A stretch of 64,000 nt of DNA from Acanthaster planci (lineage: Eukaryota), in the NCBI RefSeq assembly GCF_001949145.1, contig NW_019091357.1, positions 1,058,671 through 1,122,670 of the forward strand, given 5' to 3'. This document shows, one piece after another, positions 1-13,700 of the stretch (position 1 is the first letter of the stretch; every line of letters starts with the position of its first letter). The notes under the pieces were generated by a model. That model was not told where the DNA came from and ran no database searches. It saw only the letters and a program-made list of their open reading frames with translations. The translations under genes and the position numbers were made by a program.

Positions 1-1
1 T

Positions 2-2499
2 TTAGTCTCGCCGGTCTACGAGGTCACGACCCCGTCTCTGCTTAGTCTCCAGTTTAAGCATTTCAAGACCGAAGGGGATGGCAGCCGCCTTCGGATCAGC
101 GTGCACGCTACGACCAAGATATTTGGAGGTAGACGTGACGACCAACCGTTCTTTCGAATACTCGGCGAGCTGAAGACCGAGTTGCCGTGGACGACACTGG
201 AGGGAAGGATTGACGTATTTGCTCCATTTCAGGTAGGACGGAGAAAGACATGTAGATGACTATTTATACACTGTACAATACGCTGGCAGAGAGATGTTTC
301 AGCTGTGAACAAGAACGATTGTCTGAGATTTCTTGTCTTCCCAATCTCCAAATGAAATGCCCAGATTATTACATTTATTTTGAAAAACGGTACGTATTCT
401 AAAGTTCTTGCATGCAATTTACATAACTTTCTCATTTAACGAATAGTTGGTGATAGAGGCAGAGGTTGGGTACTTTACGAGGAGCATCATAGCAGTTGAT
501 GACATCATCCTCACGTTAAATGCGTATCCAGTCCAACCTCAAACAAGCGTCAATGGTAAGTGACAGCTGACCATCAAAAGTTAAGGGTCAAACATGCCCT
601 AAAGATTTTCTCGCTCGAAGACGTTACTCAAAGCTTCCGTTCTTTGATGTTGAGAATGAATTGTAGAGAGAGGTATAAGTTGTATTTTCATTTACAAATT
701 CGGTACAGTTTACCAACAATTTTCCTCTTGCTAGTTAGGAGCAATGGTGCAGACGCTGGGATTGAGAGCTTAATGTTTTAGGTACATCATCTCAGAGGCA
801 ATTGCTCGTTTTTTCTCTCATCCCTGCAGATTCAGCACAGCAAAATGCACTGGGCGGTCGCCAAGAAGGCGGGGCAAACGATGCCCTTACATTATGGCCT
901 AGTCTGACGTCACAAGATGTAGGGGGCCGGCCATCCCACACAGAGGGCGCCTCGCAGGAAGGAATGGCGGGTAAAAAACATGCATGCTTTCATGACCGTT
1001 TTATAAGTAGTGACTGCCTCGTCTACCAACTCAACTGGACCTTGTTCTTACCTAACCCAGGCTTACATGCAATCAAGTTTGAGAGCTTGTTGCCACTATG
1101 AGCCCCAAGCGCAATCAAGAGAGGGCGCAGTTATCCTAATAATCGGCTCCTTTAGGAACAGCACTTCGCTGTTTCTCAAACGACTTTGAAATGTAGGCGT
1201 TGCAGTCAACACTCCCGACCAGCATGGCTCTTTTTCAACGGACGAGGGGTGCTTCTGCTCAAGGCGGATCATGTAAAATATGGTCTGTAACACAGTGTCT
1301 ATTTGCAGCTCCTCCAATCCCCGTATTTCTAGTGATCAGATCATTTACTGCCACCTGTCTGTCTTTGAATGGGAGACGCTTTGACTATTGGTTCCTATGC
1401 AGGTTCGGACGATGAGGGCGTCTCTCTGTGTTTTGTCCTGGCGCTGACGTCATCAAGCTTGCTTGTCATCGTGTTGGTCATCTTTATGATTGTCTTTCTG
1501 TCCCTCACAAGAAATAAGAGACGGTACTTGATTCTATATCCGCTGTTCTGCTACCTTGGTCAGCCTTGAGTACTTATAACTAACCTTTTATCCTGATGGA
1601 AAGTTGTAGGAACTTGACCTTTCACCATTGGAATATGTGTATCTTCCAAGTCTCATGAAAACTCTCTTTAACAAATCGTAACTACACAGTCACTGGGCCG
1701 ATAATAGTCAATGTACAGTTTCTCTAAATGTTCACCTTTCCACTTGAATGATAGCCTTTTTCTGTCTTTCCCGGCTTCGTAATAATGATGCCTAGATTGT
1801 TACAGTCTTTTTGTGATTAGTTTATTTTAAAATCGAGAAATTCTCTCACAATACGACCCAGAATGAGAGGCGTTTCAAACCTTGTGTTGTAGATTCCGCA
1901 GATTTAACTTCAGCCACGACTACGAAGAAATCAAAGGCAAAGAGGCGTACAACCAAACGACCTCCGTGTCCGCCATGGCCATCATGAAAGAACGCCCTCA
2001 CCCCCGCCTGATCTACCACAACCGTCACACCAGCTTCTCTCGCATCCAGAGCCTGTCGAGCTGCCTGTCCCGACTGAGCATGCGTGATAGTCTCCACTCC
2101 AGCATCTACGCCGAGATCACGGATGCAGACCTGGACCTGGATGGCGACATGTCGGACCCTGGAATCGGTAATTGTACGACAATGACCACGACCTGCACAG
2201 GGACCTGGGACATCTGCAGCAGCAGTGAAAGCAGTAGTGGCAGCGACAACACGCTTGCCGGGGGGTCTCATATCACCGCTTCCTCGATCAATAAACTTTA
2301 CCCTAGCCTCAGTGACGAGGGGAGTGTCAGTCAAAATGATAGCGGCTGGGTTGAGAACATTATCTACGAGCGCACCTCCGATATCAGTAGCTTTGACTCT
2401 ACTGGCGGACGCTTTGGCTTAAGTAACGCCTTTAAAGGCTTCGGCTGCAGCAAAGCGGCGGCTGGATTTAAGTCTAGGCAGCGTGTGCACTCAGTGTAG
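2..2499 (+). CDS. MAM-domain single-pass membrane protein with Tyr-motif cytoplasmic tail (5' end lies outside the window)
   Basis: Phase-consistent GT-AG exons <2-232, 447-555, 830-970, 1403-1523, 1893-2499 (an in-frame alternative acceptor at 1902 is possible). Exons 1-2 translate to LVSPVYEV..LSLQFKHF..SRLRISV..WTTLEGRIDVFAPFQ/LVIEAEVGYFTRSIIAVDDIIL, matching the C-terminal half of a MAM domain (LxSP...F...FQxVxE...IAxDDI). Exon 4 encodes a TM helix (LCFVLALTSSSLLVIVLVIFMIVFLSL) followed by RNKRR. The last exon is ORF 1882-2499. Confidence 0.8.
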
Positions 2500-5400
2500 T
2501 CGGCAACCAGCACCCCCCCCCCATTTTTGAGGGAACAAAAGCTTAAATATGTAAATACGGAAGTATGTGAAAACCAAATTTTTTGTATTATACTTAATGA
2601 ATGCTGTTTAAAATGGCAACACAAGTTTAAACTTGTTAAAAGTGGCAGAGTGGACTTTGTACATTCCTGCATGCTGCTGAAAAATTCCCATCCCAATCAA
2701 ATAAATCGCAAATACTAAATCACAAATAGTACTGCAAACTGTTGGCTGACCACAGTGGCCTATACAAAAGTTCAAGGACCTGACGTTTACGTTTCAATCC
2801 TAGCAGAATCTTTTTCAAAAGCATGTAGACTTCAACAATTTCTATCCCTGCTTTAGTGGGGAGCTGTAATTTAGGGAAAATCTATTCCTAAACCAGTTAA
2901 GAAAAAAATTATATGATCATACATTTACTCCAACTGCAAAAAAGTGACAAGATATCCACCAAAGACAGTCGAGAATTGTCAGTTTCGGGCCAAGTCTTTA
3001 CCCCGACCACCATCCCTCATGACGTGGATGTCGGGTCGAGTCATGCCCGGAAATTTTACTCCCTTTAATCGCGAAAAGCTTTCCCTTTTTCTTTTTAATG
3101 AAACTAAACTGGATTTGCTGATAGATTCCAACGATTCCTATAGCCCTGGGAAGAGTTCCAGTTGAACATATTTTGTAAATACATACCGTTTGAATACACC
3201 CCGTTTTGACGCTCTGGAATGTATCATATCACGCGTATTAGTTTTAATCATTGTAGAAAGTCAGTCAGGCAGTGTTACATGTACATCTAAACCTTTCGTT
3301 TCCTTCTTAAACGTGTTTTAACACCTGTCAGCAACAGCTACCTGTATATTTGTCTGCCTATCTGTACTTTGACGAGTCTCAGTCAATTCTGTCCTTCCTT
3401 TGTGGCCTTTGCTTTCACGTAAACCGGGATTATAAGAATATGTCAATGGAAACCCATGCCTTAACACGCGTAATAATTATTTCCCCGTGAAGTTTTGAGA
3501 TGAGGAAAATCATCACTTTTAGTTTCGAATCTCAGTATCATGTTTATAAAAACAGGCTGAACCCTTTTACAAATAAAAATTTAAAAATTCTAATAATTTT
3601 TCGTTCATCTCCTTGTTCGAAGAAATAGTTTTGGTTTTCTTTATAAGTATTTCAGTATTTTGTGGAAATGGCTTTTCTTATTACTGAATAAAATTAAGAA
3701 CAAAGGACAAGTTTAAACAAGAATTAAATGTTCTTGTTCCCTTTCTCCCTTTCAAGAATATTAGTTAGCAGATCGTATTAACAAGAGACTCGCTCATATT
3801 TGTCCAGTTTCCGGGAGTTATAATTCTCACCATTTTTGTCTTTTTCCTTGTAATATTTCGAACTAGAAGGGACCACCATGCACTTTTGTCAACACTTTGG
3901 AATTCATTGACAAAAGTCTTCCACAAAACCGCTGCTAGAAAAGTTTCAATTTTCTTGGAATGAACACGAATGGGCTACAATTTGAGCTCAGTGTCGACTC
4001 AGGCACTTTGCAACTGTTATATTCTAACCATGATAGGGACTTGACAGCGTCAACATGGAGACAGTTGAAAAAAAGTGGCATTCCTCAACCCTTTCCACAA
4101 AAGCAAATCATTTCCCGAACAGAAGTTCGTTGTGTTGTGTCTCGCGCATGTGTATACCTGTGCAAGACAAGTTAAGGCTTTCACCCTGGGCCTTATTTGT
4201 TTCTCTTTCTTTGTAATCGGACATTTTCTCTTTCCTATCACAATCGACGACCACAGAATAGCACAAAAGGCACCAACAACAAAGGAATGTGTTTTTAACT
4301 TTACGTTTCCGCATTTGACTGAGCTTTGGTGGCGCTACTGTGAGCAGCATAGCTTGGGAAAGTGTGAGTGGGTATGACTTAACGTAAATCTCTTTCACAA
4401 GCGCATTAGGTCAGGCTAGTACGTGTACCTACTGTCAAATGCGAATTAGACGAGGGTGTTTTGCAAGTTCGTTCTTACTTATAATGACGGGATTTAGCAA
4501 ACCAGGAAATCAGAGGTGTACAGTTGTAGCGCATAAGCTCATCGTCATTCTCTTCATCCACCTGTACAAGTGACAAGTAGCAAAGGTAAAAGATTTTTCA
4601 ATTCTCACCGATATAATCACTCCATTTTACTGCTTTTTTTCTAGCGACCAACGTCAATTTAATATGAGCTATGGTAAGTGACACTCTGTTGAACGAATAG
4701 GCAACTCTGTGTTTGTAATGAAACACCAAAAGCTAGGTAACATTACCGCAGGAGCCAGCTTCCGGGTTTGTTCGCACGATGATGATGGTCTACCCGCATG
4801 TTGTCAACAGGTCAAACGGTGCAGTCATTCGTATTATGCGTAGCTTATATCTCGCTGCTATTTTTACATCAACTTAAGTTGGTAGCATTGAAGGGGTTAT
4901 ATCAAGTGAGAAAGAGACATTTTGTAAATACTGGACATATTGTATATAGATTTCTCTTGATTGAATCATATGATTGAAATATTTTAGGTAGAATAGCAAA
5001 GAGGCAAAACGACCGGCTCTTGATTTCTTAAGAGTCATGGTCTTGCAAGTGCAGCCTCGATGTTGTTCCTGTACGGTGACTCTGCGTCCACTTGAGATGA
5101 AAAGTGCATAGCCCTTTAACATTCAAACAAAACAGATTGGTGAATGATCGAAAGCTAATATAATCAATCAATCATCACAGTTTAGTCTATCAATTCAATC
5201 AATCGATCAGAAAAATCAGTTTTCACACCATTATTTGTTCAGTCCCTCAGTCGGATGATACATTTATGCATGCTGTTACCTTTATACACATAATGTCAAT
5301 CTTTGATCAACATGCTTTGTTTCGAACAAAACATGACAGTGCTTTTACATTGTTGACCACGACTGTTTCCTGTGCGTGATCTTTTTAGAGAAAACGGAAC

Positions 5401-5553
5401 TATGATATTATTGTTTGAGTGAGCAGCAATATTGTCGGTCGCACCCTCACCCTCTCCAATACAGGGAATCACCCTGCAATTAAAACCATACTGATATATT
5501 TATCCACGGCTACACGATCGTTCATTTTCTTAATTTGATCATTTAGATATAAA

Positions 5554-7827
5554 ATGGCAATGATAGCCCAAGCTGTGTTACTTAGTCTCTCCGTCCAGTC
5601 GCTACTTGCGACAACTGACACAAGTACCACAGTGAACGGCAGCCTGTCAACGTCGCCCGCTTCCACCGAGGGAGCAAGCGAAATGACGTCACCAAGCTCG
5701 ACTGATCAGACAGATGTCGACAACCAAACTATGCCAACACAAGTGTCGACAACACTGGCTAATTCGTTGACTAATTCAACCGGATTGACAGAGACAAGTG
5801 CGACGACAACGGAACTTCCAACGGAGACAGTGTCGACAGTTACTATGGTTCCGACTCTGTCGACAGTGACACCAACGTCAGAGAGCCAAATGTCGACTCA
5901 GTCACAGACCAACAAGGGTGACGACGGTGGTACAACTACAATATTGTCTGGAACTACAAGTTCAATGTCATCAACGACGCAAATGATGACGTCGGGTTTG
6001 ATTGGCGAGCTGACAACGTCCAGAGGAACAAAGGAGGGTAATATAACAGGGAATATTTTCCCACCCTAAAGTAGTTATTTTTGGTAGCAAGCTTAAGTAC
6101 TCGTTTCAAGACTTGAGGGTACTAGTACTTTGGTCTTTCCACAAGCATTTTTCAAAGTAATGTCATTTCCTTTCTTTGTAAAAGACCTCTTTTTAATGGC
6201 AATGCCTTTGTGACAGCTAGAAGTTACTTCAGTCGATTTGGGAACTAATTAAAACAGCGACCAAGCATGTATGTCAGTTTTGGCAAACAAAACTATGGTG
6301 CCAAGAAACCATGCTTGTGTTATTTTGCTTTGGACAAACTTTTTCCTCCTGAATGACAAGATAACTTGACATTGGTTTCTTCTCTTCACAGCACCAGGGC
6401 CTGAACGCGTTAGCCTAGCCGTGTACATCGCCATTGGTGTCGTGGGGGGCCTCTTCGTGCTAGTAGTCATCTTCGCGCTCAGCGTCTGGTGCCTACGTCG
6501 GTAAGGTTTACAACGTCAGTACATCAGGACAGATAACTTCCATATTAAAATGTTACGGCCACTTCATGAAGGCAATCTAATGGCGCATTTATAACCTGTT
6601 TGGCAATCCCAATAGACGGAGGGCGCTCTTTGTTTTGCGTAATAAACTCTATGATATTGACCACAAACTCCCAAATCCACCTCCATTAAGCAGTTACTGT
6701 ACGTGTCTGCCATACTTCAATAGCTGTTATCCTCGCTCCTTTCCTAATGAATATAGAGGAATCGATCATTTTCCAAATGTCAGCTCTGTCTCTTAATCGA
6801 CCCCATTTCATGAGCTTGGATTTTTCCAAACATTCACAGTTGGATCCGGAAGAGCGGAACGCATGGGTCAAGTTGTTAATGTTTCTGTTGCACAAAAAAT
6901 AATCTGATTTCAACTGAAGGGTACACTGCCAAAAAGGAAATCCACTCTAATTAATGACGGTGAAGCTCAACGCTAAAATGGGGGGGGGGGAGCTGAGGTT
7001 TTAGTATAAAAAGAGGGAAATTATTGTAGTATGACATTTTAGAATACTTGATCAGCAGAGGGCGCCATATTGCGTCGAAGGTTGAGTCTGCTTTCATCAT
7101 GGCATATGCCGACATTGAAAGATTTTGTAATCGTAACGCAACAGTTTACCACAGCAAACAACCACCCATCCATCCCAAGCAAAACGACATAAAACGAAAC
7201 AAAATTAAAGGAAGTATTAAACTGAAAGGTTGAACTTTCTAAAAGCCCAGAGAAACAGGCATATTAGCAATTGTAATCTGTGAGATGTCAAATTATGATA
7301 AGGAACGTTCGTTCAGGACAAAATTACCTTAAATTTACTTACATTTTTTTTTAACTTCAATTTTATTCCTCAGCAAATCCAGTGGCAAGTCAAAACGTAG
7401 GCGCGGTGCCAGAAACCCCTTCGCTCAGGACGAAATGGACAAGTTGGACCCTAAGGAGCGTATGTCCATGCACCGGCCCAACTCTGCCACCGTCAACGCC
7501 GAGGGTGACCTAGCCTTCGTCACCTTCATCACAGGAGCCGCCAGCCCAGACAGCCACGTGGATGGGATCGAGAATCCCACCTACGCCCTTGGCCCTAACG
7601 GCGATGCAGGAGAGCCGACCGAAAAGACGGCTGGTGCGGGAGACCAGAGCAACACGGCCACCTTGCCATCTCAAGTTCAGCTGAGCAACGAGGGTCCAAC
7701 TGATGGCGCTCATCATGATGACAAGAAATATGCAGACAGGAAGGGGGCCAACCTGAGGCCTCAGAGTGGAGTGTCGTACACGAGTAACGACATCGAGGGG
7801 GCCCTTGAAACAATAGACTCTATGTGA
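5554..7827 (+). CDS. Mucin-like (Ser/Thr-rich) type I membrane protein, ~348 aa, with NPF and ENPTY motifs in the tail
   Basis: Exons 5554-6037 (signal peptide MAMIAQAVLLSLSVQSLLA plus S/T-rich stalk), 6392-6500 (TM VYIAIGVVGGLFVLVVIFALSVWCL-RR) and 7374-7827 (tail, ORF 7435-7827). Intron phases 1 and 2 join in frame; total 1047 nt. Confidence 0.8.
7053..7067 (+). promoter_or_regulatory. CTCF-like binding motif (intronic)
   Basis: CAGCAGAGGGCGCCA closely matches the CTCF core consensus; motif match only. Confidence 0.3.
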
Positions 7828-10710
7828 GAAAGGGGTCAGGACATCAAATGTGGAGCCGCAAAAGTCCGCCCCTCGACGCAACCACCAGAGATTTGATTAC
7901 TCAAGAAGATCTTGTAACAGAGGATTCAACTGCATGCACAATCTCATATACCCAGATTAAGACATGGGACTTTTCTCGCCCTGTGACCCAACAAGGTCTA
8001 TACCGCGTGTGCGCTAAACCTGTGCAGTCCCAACTGGCACTAAGCCTGTGAGATTTTTAGCGACGGTGATTTCAAGGTTTCCGTTGCTGTGTCCTCAGTT
8101 TTTACCTTAAAGTTTTGTTTCTGTTACTCGGATGTGTAGATTTGGTGATTAAGAGGAGTTGACACAATGGAAACGTTTGTTACCGACATGAAAATCTATG
8201 GGTATCCCACCATTATTCTGAATTGTCTGTAAATTTTTATAATGTTTACAAAAATATTGTCTCCCTAAAAATGTTGCTCTCTCATTTTTTTTTTTAATTT
8301 AATTGAGTCAGATCAATTATTGAACCCTTTTAAAACTATATCCCGACTGTGGACTCTTTACACAATTGTTTTAATGAAATGGAATACAAAATTTATACGC
8401 TTTTGAGAAATCGTGTGGTTCCTCTTTTAAATTCGAATTCGGTGATATGGTGAATTGTTTGAATATTGAATCAGAAGGCTTTTACATGAATATGATTAAC
8501 ATTGATCATTTGGAATGCACATTGCTCCTAGAGTGCAAGTATGCCATTGCCTACAATATAACTCGATATTTTGATACACCAATTGGTTTTGTAAGTTCTC
8601 ATGACTTTTTTCAAACAGGAGCTGATTTTGTGTAAAGCTGTAAGTTGTAATTTTCATTTTGATATTTATGTATATCACGCAGAGTACAAACTATTATAAT
8701 TCACTGGTAGGTATGAACTTAACTTGAAAATGCTTGCAATAAAAAAAAATAATCCGGGAAAAACTTTCAGACGGTTCCCATGTTTTGGAATGAAACATTA
8801 TCAAGGATGGAGCTTTTCTGAAAAAAATGTACCAGGTTAATTTCACGAAGAAATTTAGAATTTGAAGTTGGAGTAGATATTTTGCAAACTGAAATTCACT
8901 ACTTTTTTTTAATATTTTGTCATTACTATACACTGCTACTTTCTCCTGAAGTCCAGGGCAATAGATTCGAAACACAAAAGAAAAGCATTCGTGAAAACAA
9001 AGTGTGATGTCATCATTACATAGGCCTGTTTGGTGTTCATCAGCGTGGGCAGATTTTTTTTTCGTTTGATGCGTCACTGGCAAGTTCATTACTTCATGAA
9101 CGCTTGAATGTTCATTTTAGATAACCTCGCTCACACAATACTGGCACTATAACTTGAACATTTCAACATCATCAAGAATGTGGCATGATTGACGTGACGT
9201 GCAGGTCGACCGGCGATACCACATAGCATCTTCAAAGTTTGCAGACGAGACACAGAGACGCATTCCCAGCTGTTTGCAACACCAACACAATTCCCATGGG
9301 TTGTAAGTCTCGGCTTGATCTAGCATCGCCTCGATTTATGTTAGGGTTTTCTTCTCAACACAGTAGCTGCGTGGATGTGATGCAGCACGTATGTTGAAAG
9401 GTTAAGGTTAAAGGCCATTCAGGACAATTTGAAAGTATAAAAACAGCTGAATTATATCACAGTGAACGAGTATTTGGTAATGGCGATAGACGTTACGTTT
9501 TAGCCCCCTACGTTCTTCAAGTTCGTCAGATTGTTTGATTGTCATTTTGGTTCTGTGCTAAGTAATGCCACCGTACGGCCGCACGGCACATGGAAATTCC
9601 ATAGCACAGGTCACGAGAAATCTCTGAACTTGGTGGTGGTGTCGAGATTTAGTCAAGCAGGCTTTTTTTATAACGATACAGAGTTTATTTTGAGTTTGTT
9701 CATGCATGAGACCCTGCCTTCTGACTATGCCTCCGTGTTGCCCCTTTTTTCGCATTTGTGTATTACTTCAATAATCATTACTTTTGTATTTTGTGAAAAT
9801 CATCCGTTTATCGACCTGTATAATTCGACAAATATCCACTGCCATCCGGGAGTAAATGTTTAGTTAAATCTAAATCCAAACAATGTTTATGGCATTGTTG
9901 AGGCCACCATAAGGTGAAGTCAGCCCATGTATGCTCTGGGTGCCGGATGCCAGTTTAATAACTGTGCCCGACTGAGAACACAAATTGAATTGGCCCCATA
10001 TGCAAGACCAAGCAGCTGTGGTGGTCTCATGTCGATGAACGAATTCCGTCTCACTGACCCACCTGGAATCCTGCGTCAGTGGCGTAATCCAATTTCGTGC
10101 CAGGCAAGCACAGAGATCCGACAACATGACTAAAGTTGAACATGACGAGTGAAACAAAAGTATCGAATGCAATGTCTGCATCGTGCAGTTCGGTCAGTCC
10201 GTTCTGATACGCGGTACTGCTGGCACGATCTGCACGTTTTGCGGGATCAGCAAAGCTCTGAAAGAGCACTTTGCACTGAGTTCAGCCGGGTTACCTGTTC
10301 CTGCGCTTGTAACAGACCCAGCCTCACCTGAGGTAATTCAGCGCTCAGATGTAACTACACACATGCAGCGCGGGAGCCGAATTGTACGCATCCATTGTTG
10401 TACCTGCAGCAGCCTAAAAATATATGAATGGCTGATTGAAAACTGGGAAATGTTGACACAGACTTGTCGGTCGGTGCCCGGGTATTGAACAAGTACCCAC
10501 GTAGACTGGGTGGAGGGATGACGAGTGGTTGCGGTTGTGCCAGTCTGCACGGTAGTCTCGCAAGGGTCCAAGGACTTTCCAGCACCCGGTACTAAACTGG
10601 CCCTGTGATGACTTGCATACGCACAGCATGCCTGTCATGAATAAGGTTAAGGTGAAGTTGACGTTGAAATCCCTGTGACTCGGACTGTACGCGAAGCCGG
10701 AGAGACAGCG

Positions 10711-13700
10711 ATGGAGCAGCGTGCACGCAGACTGTATCGGCAGGAGCACTCGGGGATTGCCTCGGCATGTGCACTAGCTCTCTGGACCTGTAAGTACTAA
10801 TTTGGTCAACATTCCTCACTTTGTTCGATGTTGGAAACTATTACAGCTTTATTACTGCTTCGAATTGAAGTCACATCTTGTTAATTCACCGTGCCGTTAA
10901 GCAGCTCCATAGAATGAAACCGACACAATGGTAAGCAATACCAACGAGCATATGTACTCAATCAAGAATCATGGTTTTTTCTAGATAGGAATTCTCTACC
11001 TCCTCAGCTCGTCCTTAGTGTCATATTTGCACTTGTGCTTTTGGGCAGAGTCCAGGAAAAAGTCGCAACCTTTCAACCTAAAAGAATCCCGCGCGAAACA
11101 ATTCATCGGCTGCAGCGTCAAACACAATTATTTTTGCCCGCGTTTTTCATCAAAGTGGCAACCCTTCTTGTAGTTTATTTTACAATGTACATTCGCACCA
11201 GAGGGAAGTTCCCCTAGGCAAAATCATGCGACAAAAGGACAGAAAATTGGTTTGCTACCGGGAGTAAATCAGCTACCGTATCGTCAAGAGAGAAAACAGA
11301 GAGATGTTTCATCGGAGAATTAGCTTTGTTGAAGTGGAACCGTACTAGTAGAAATTCAGTCATGGGAATCACCGGTCCGCGGTCTCTTGGCGCTCAGCTA
11401 ATTGAATTTTATGTCCGGTTTATTACAAGGTATAGGGACTACCTCTTCAAATTGAAACTTAAATATTTTCGTTTGTAGATCAGTGTGTTGTCACTCAAAT
11501 GGTGGAGTTACTCAACATTTGGGAAATATCACATTTGAAGAAAATGAAGAGCCAGTTCCCACCACCTAGTTCCTTTCCCCTGCCAACAAAACCTCAAAAG
11601 GGCTGAATTTATTGGTGTACCAAGTTGGTCAGATGACAAAATGGTCCCCTTTACCTGCCAGTGATGATAAAAAAAATGCTGTCGGTGTTTAATTACATAG
11701 GCACCCACAATGTCTGATACTTCAAGGTAACACATTAAGCTATACTCCCTTGCCCCAATTCATCTACATGTAATTCCTAGTGCAAATATGAACCCATGTA
11801 ACCGTTTTCAGGACTGACAAACAGTATACACACCTGATATTTGTGCCGAAAGTTTAGGTACCGGTAATATATGTGGACGGCGAGAGATTAGTTCTTGCCC
11901 GACCAAGCTGTAACAAGGAAATCATCTCTGATTAATTAATGAGAATCTTCCTGACTTAAGATGTCAAAGGGGGAAATTGCTGGTTCAATGTCTTCCTGAA
12001 GATAACGCAACGACTTGGCCTCGTTATTGGATCGAACTACACAATCGTGGTTAAATAAGCTGATATCGAGGGTAACTTCGAATTAAGAAAGGCATTGTGA
12101 ACATAAATAGATTAATTTAATTTTCTGGCGCCCCATTTGAGTCAGGTTTTAGGACTTGTATTGCAGCACAGTGTCATTCTGGGAGCCACCTTTTGGGCAA
12201 GTTAAACATTTTCAGATCGGACCTTAAGTCACAATGGGTGGCTGGCCAGAACAGTGTAAATTAACTTGATTTGTGCACAACGATAATTTTCACAGTTACG
12301 TTGAGCTTTGGTTGGTTAATAGTCATAATTTTATTTTGCCTTCCTACAGAATTTTTTAGTTTATGCAAATCTTTTCCTACTTTTTCATGACAGATAATTT
12401 TGACAATTTGTTTGTTGGTCACTAATTTATCCTGTTATCTCTGTGTATCAAGTAATGTAGTCGCTTGGAAAGCACAAGGTCATTAACTGAGTGTCAAAGG
12501 TCGAAAATGCATTGTTGTCGAAAGCGATCTTTTGCTTTGAAAGGCGACAAGCCTGTTTGCGCAAGAATGTTTTGATAAGATAACCTTGGTGTGTCCTTTC
12601 CAACCTTGTTACTTATCAAAAGTTCACCAGGCAGGGACAGTTGCATGTAACGCTCTGTCGTTACCGTTGCCATGGTAACGCCTTGTCAGTTATCTGTCGA
12701 CGTTGAATCTAAATAAAGTGATTTAGGAACATTGTTGGAGTCAGAGTATGGAAAAACAAATCAGTTTCCTTTCTCACGGCAATTTGAAATTGTTTACAGT
12801 GTCCACTATATTGTGTAGCGCTTATCTGATTATAAAGTTTTGTCGATTTTTTCTCTCATTTCGGACATCCCAGGTGCTTATTTTATGGTACACGTATCGG
12901 CCGACACTACTGCTGTAGCCCTGAATACCATCACTTTATCATCAAACACAAACGAGTCGACACATCAAGGAACACTGAAACCCGAAATGGCAAACTCCGT
13001 GACCGGCAATCTTTCTGTGACGAGCCCAGCACAAAATGACTCTGATCCAGAGAGTACTACCCCCCAAAACTTGGGGCTAACAGAAGGTTTATCATCAAAC
13101 ACGACTCCACCAAAACCTACGACTGGTTCACCAACAACTAGGTTACCGGTGACACAAAACCTTCCAACGACCGTCGAAAGACTGACAACAACTGTTGAGC
13201 TTACGAGAACAGCCTCCACTCCTCCAAACACTACGAATTCGACCACCTCAAAAACTGTGACACCTGCCGGATATGTTGTCCACAATATCACCGGGGCACC
13301 TGCTCGCACATCACAAACGGCTCACAATACCACCATGGAGCAAGGGAACCAGACTATACAGCCCGGAACTACTTCCGGGTCAGTTAAGCTGCTGACTTCG
13401 CCGCCACAAAATATGACGTCCACCCTGTATGAAGCAAGTGAAATTGTCGCCACCGAAACGGCAGTTGCAAATATTACGGACGGGGAAGAAATGACCGTGT
13501 ATGTAACGTTAAATGTAACCACGGTAATAGGCGGCGGTCCTGGTCTGGATCCGGATCACGAGAGAGGTCAGTATGATTTCGACTACGTCCGCAATAACGC
13601 CTTTCAGTTGCAGTTGATGTGGTACTTCAAATGACAAATTAACCATTTTAAAAGTTATATAGTTCACCTCTAGTATTGTAAGCAGAGGTGTTTTTTTGTG

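Noticed and set aside
1846..2334. 162-aa antisense ORF, and similar ones at 12965-13309 and 17099-17536
   Set aside because: Shadow ORFs opposite GC-rich coding exons with no independent motifs or splice support.
4664..4673. ATG in a small upstream exon (4645-4673) as the start of the first mucin-like gene
   Set aside because: Splicing to the 5547 acceptor puts it out of frame with the signal-peptide ATG at 5554; at most a uORF.
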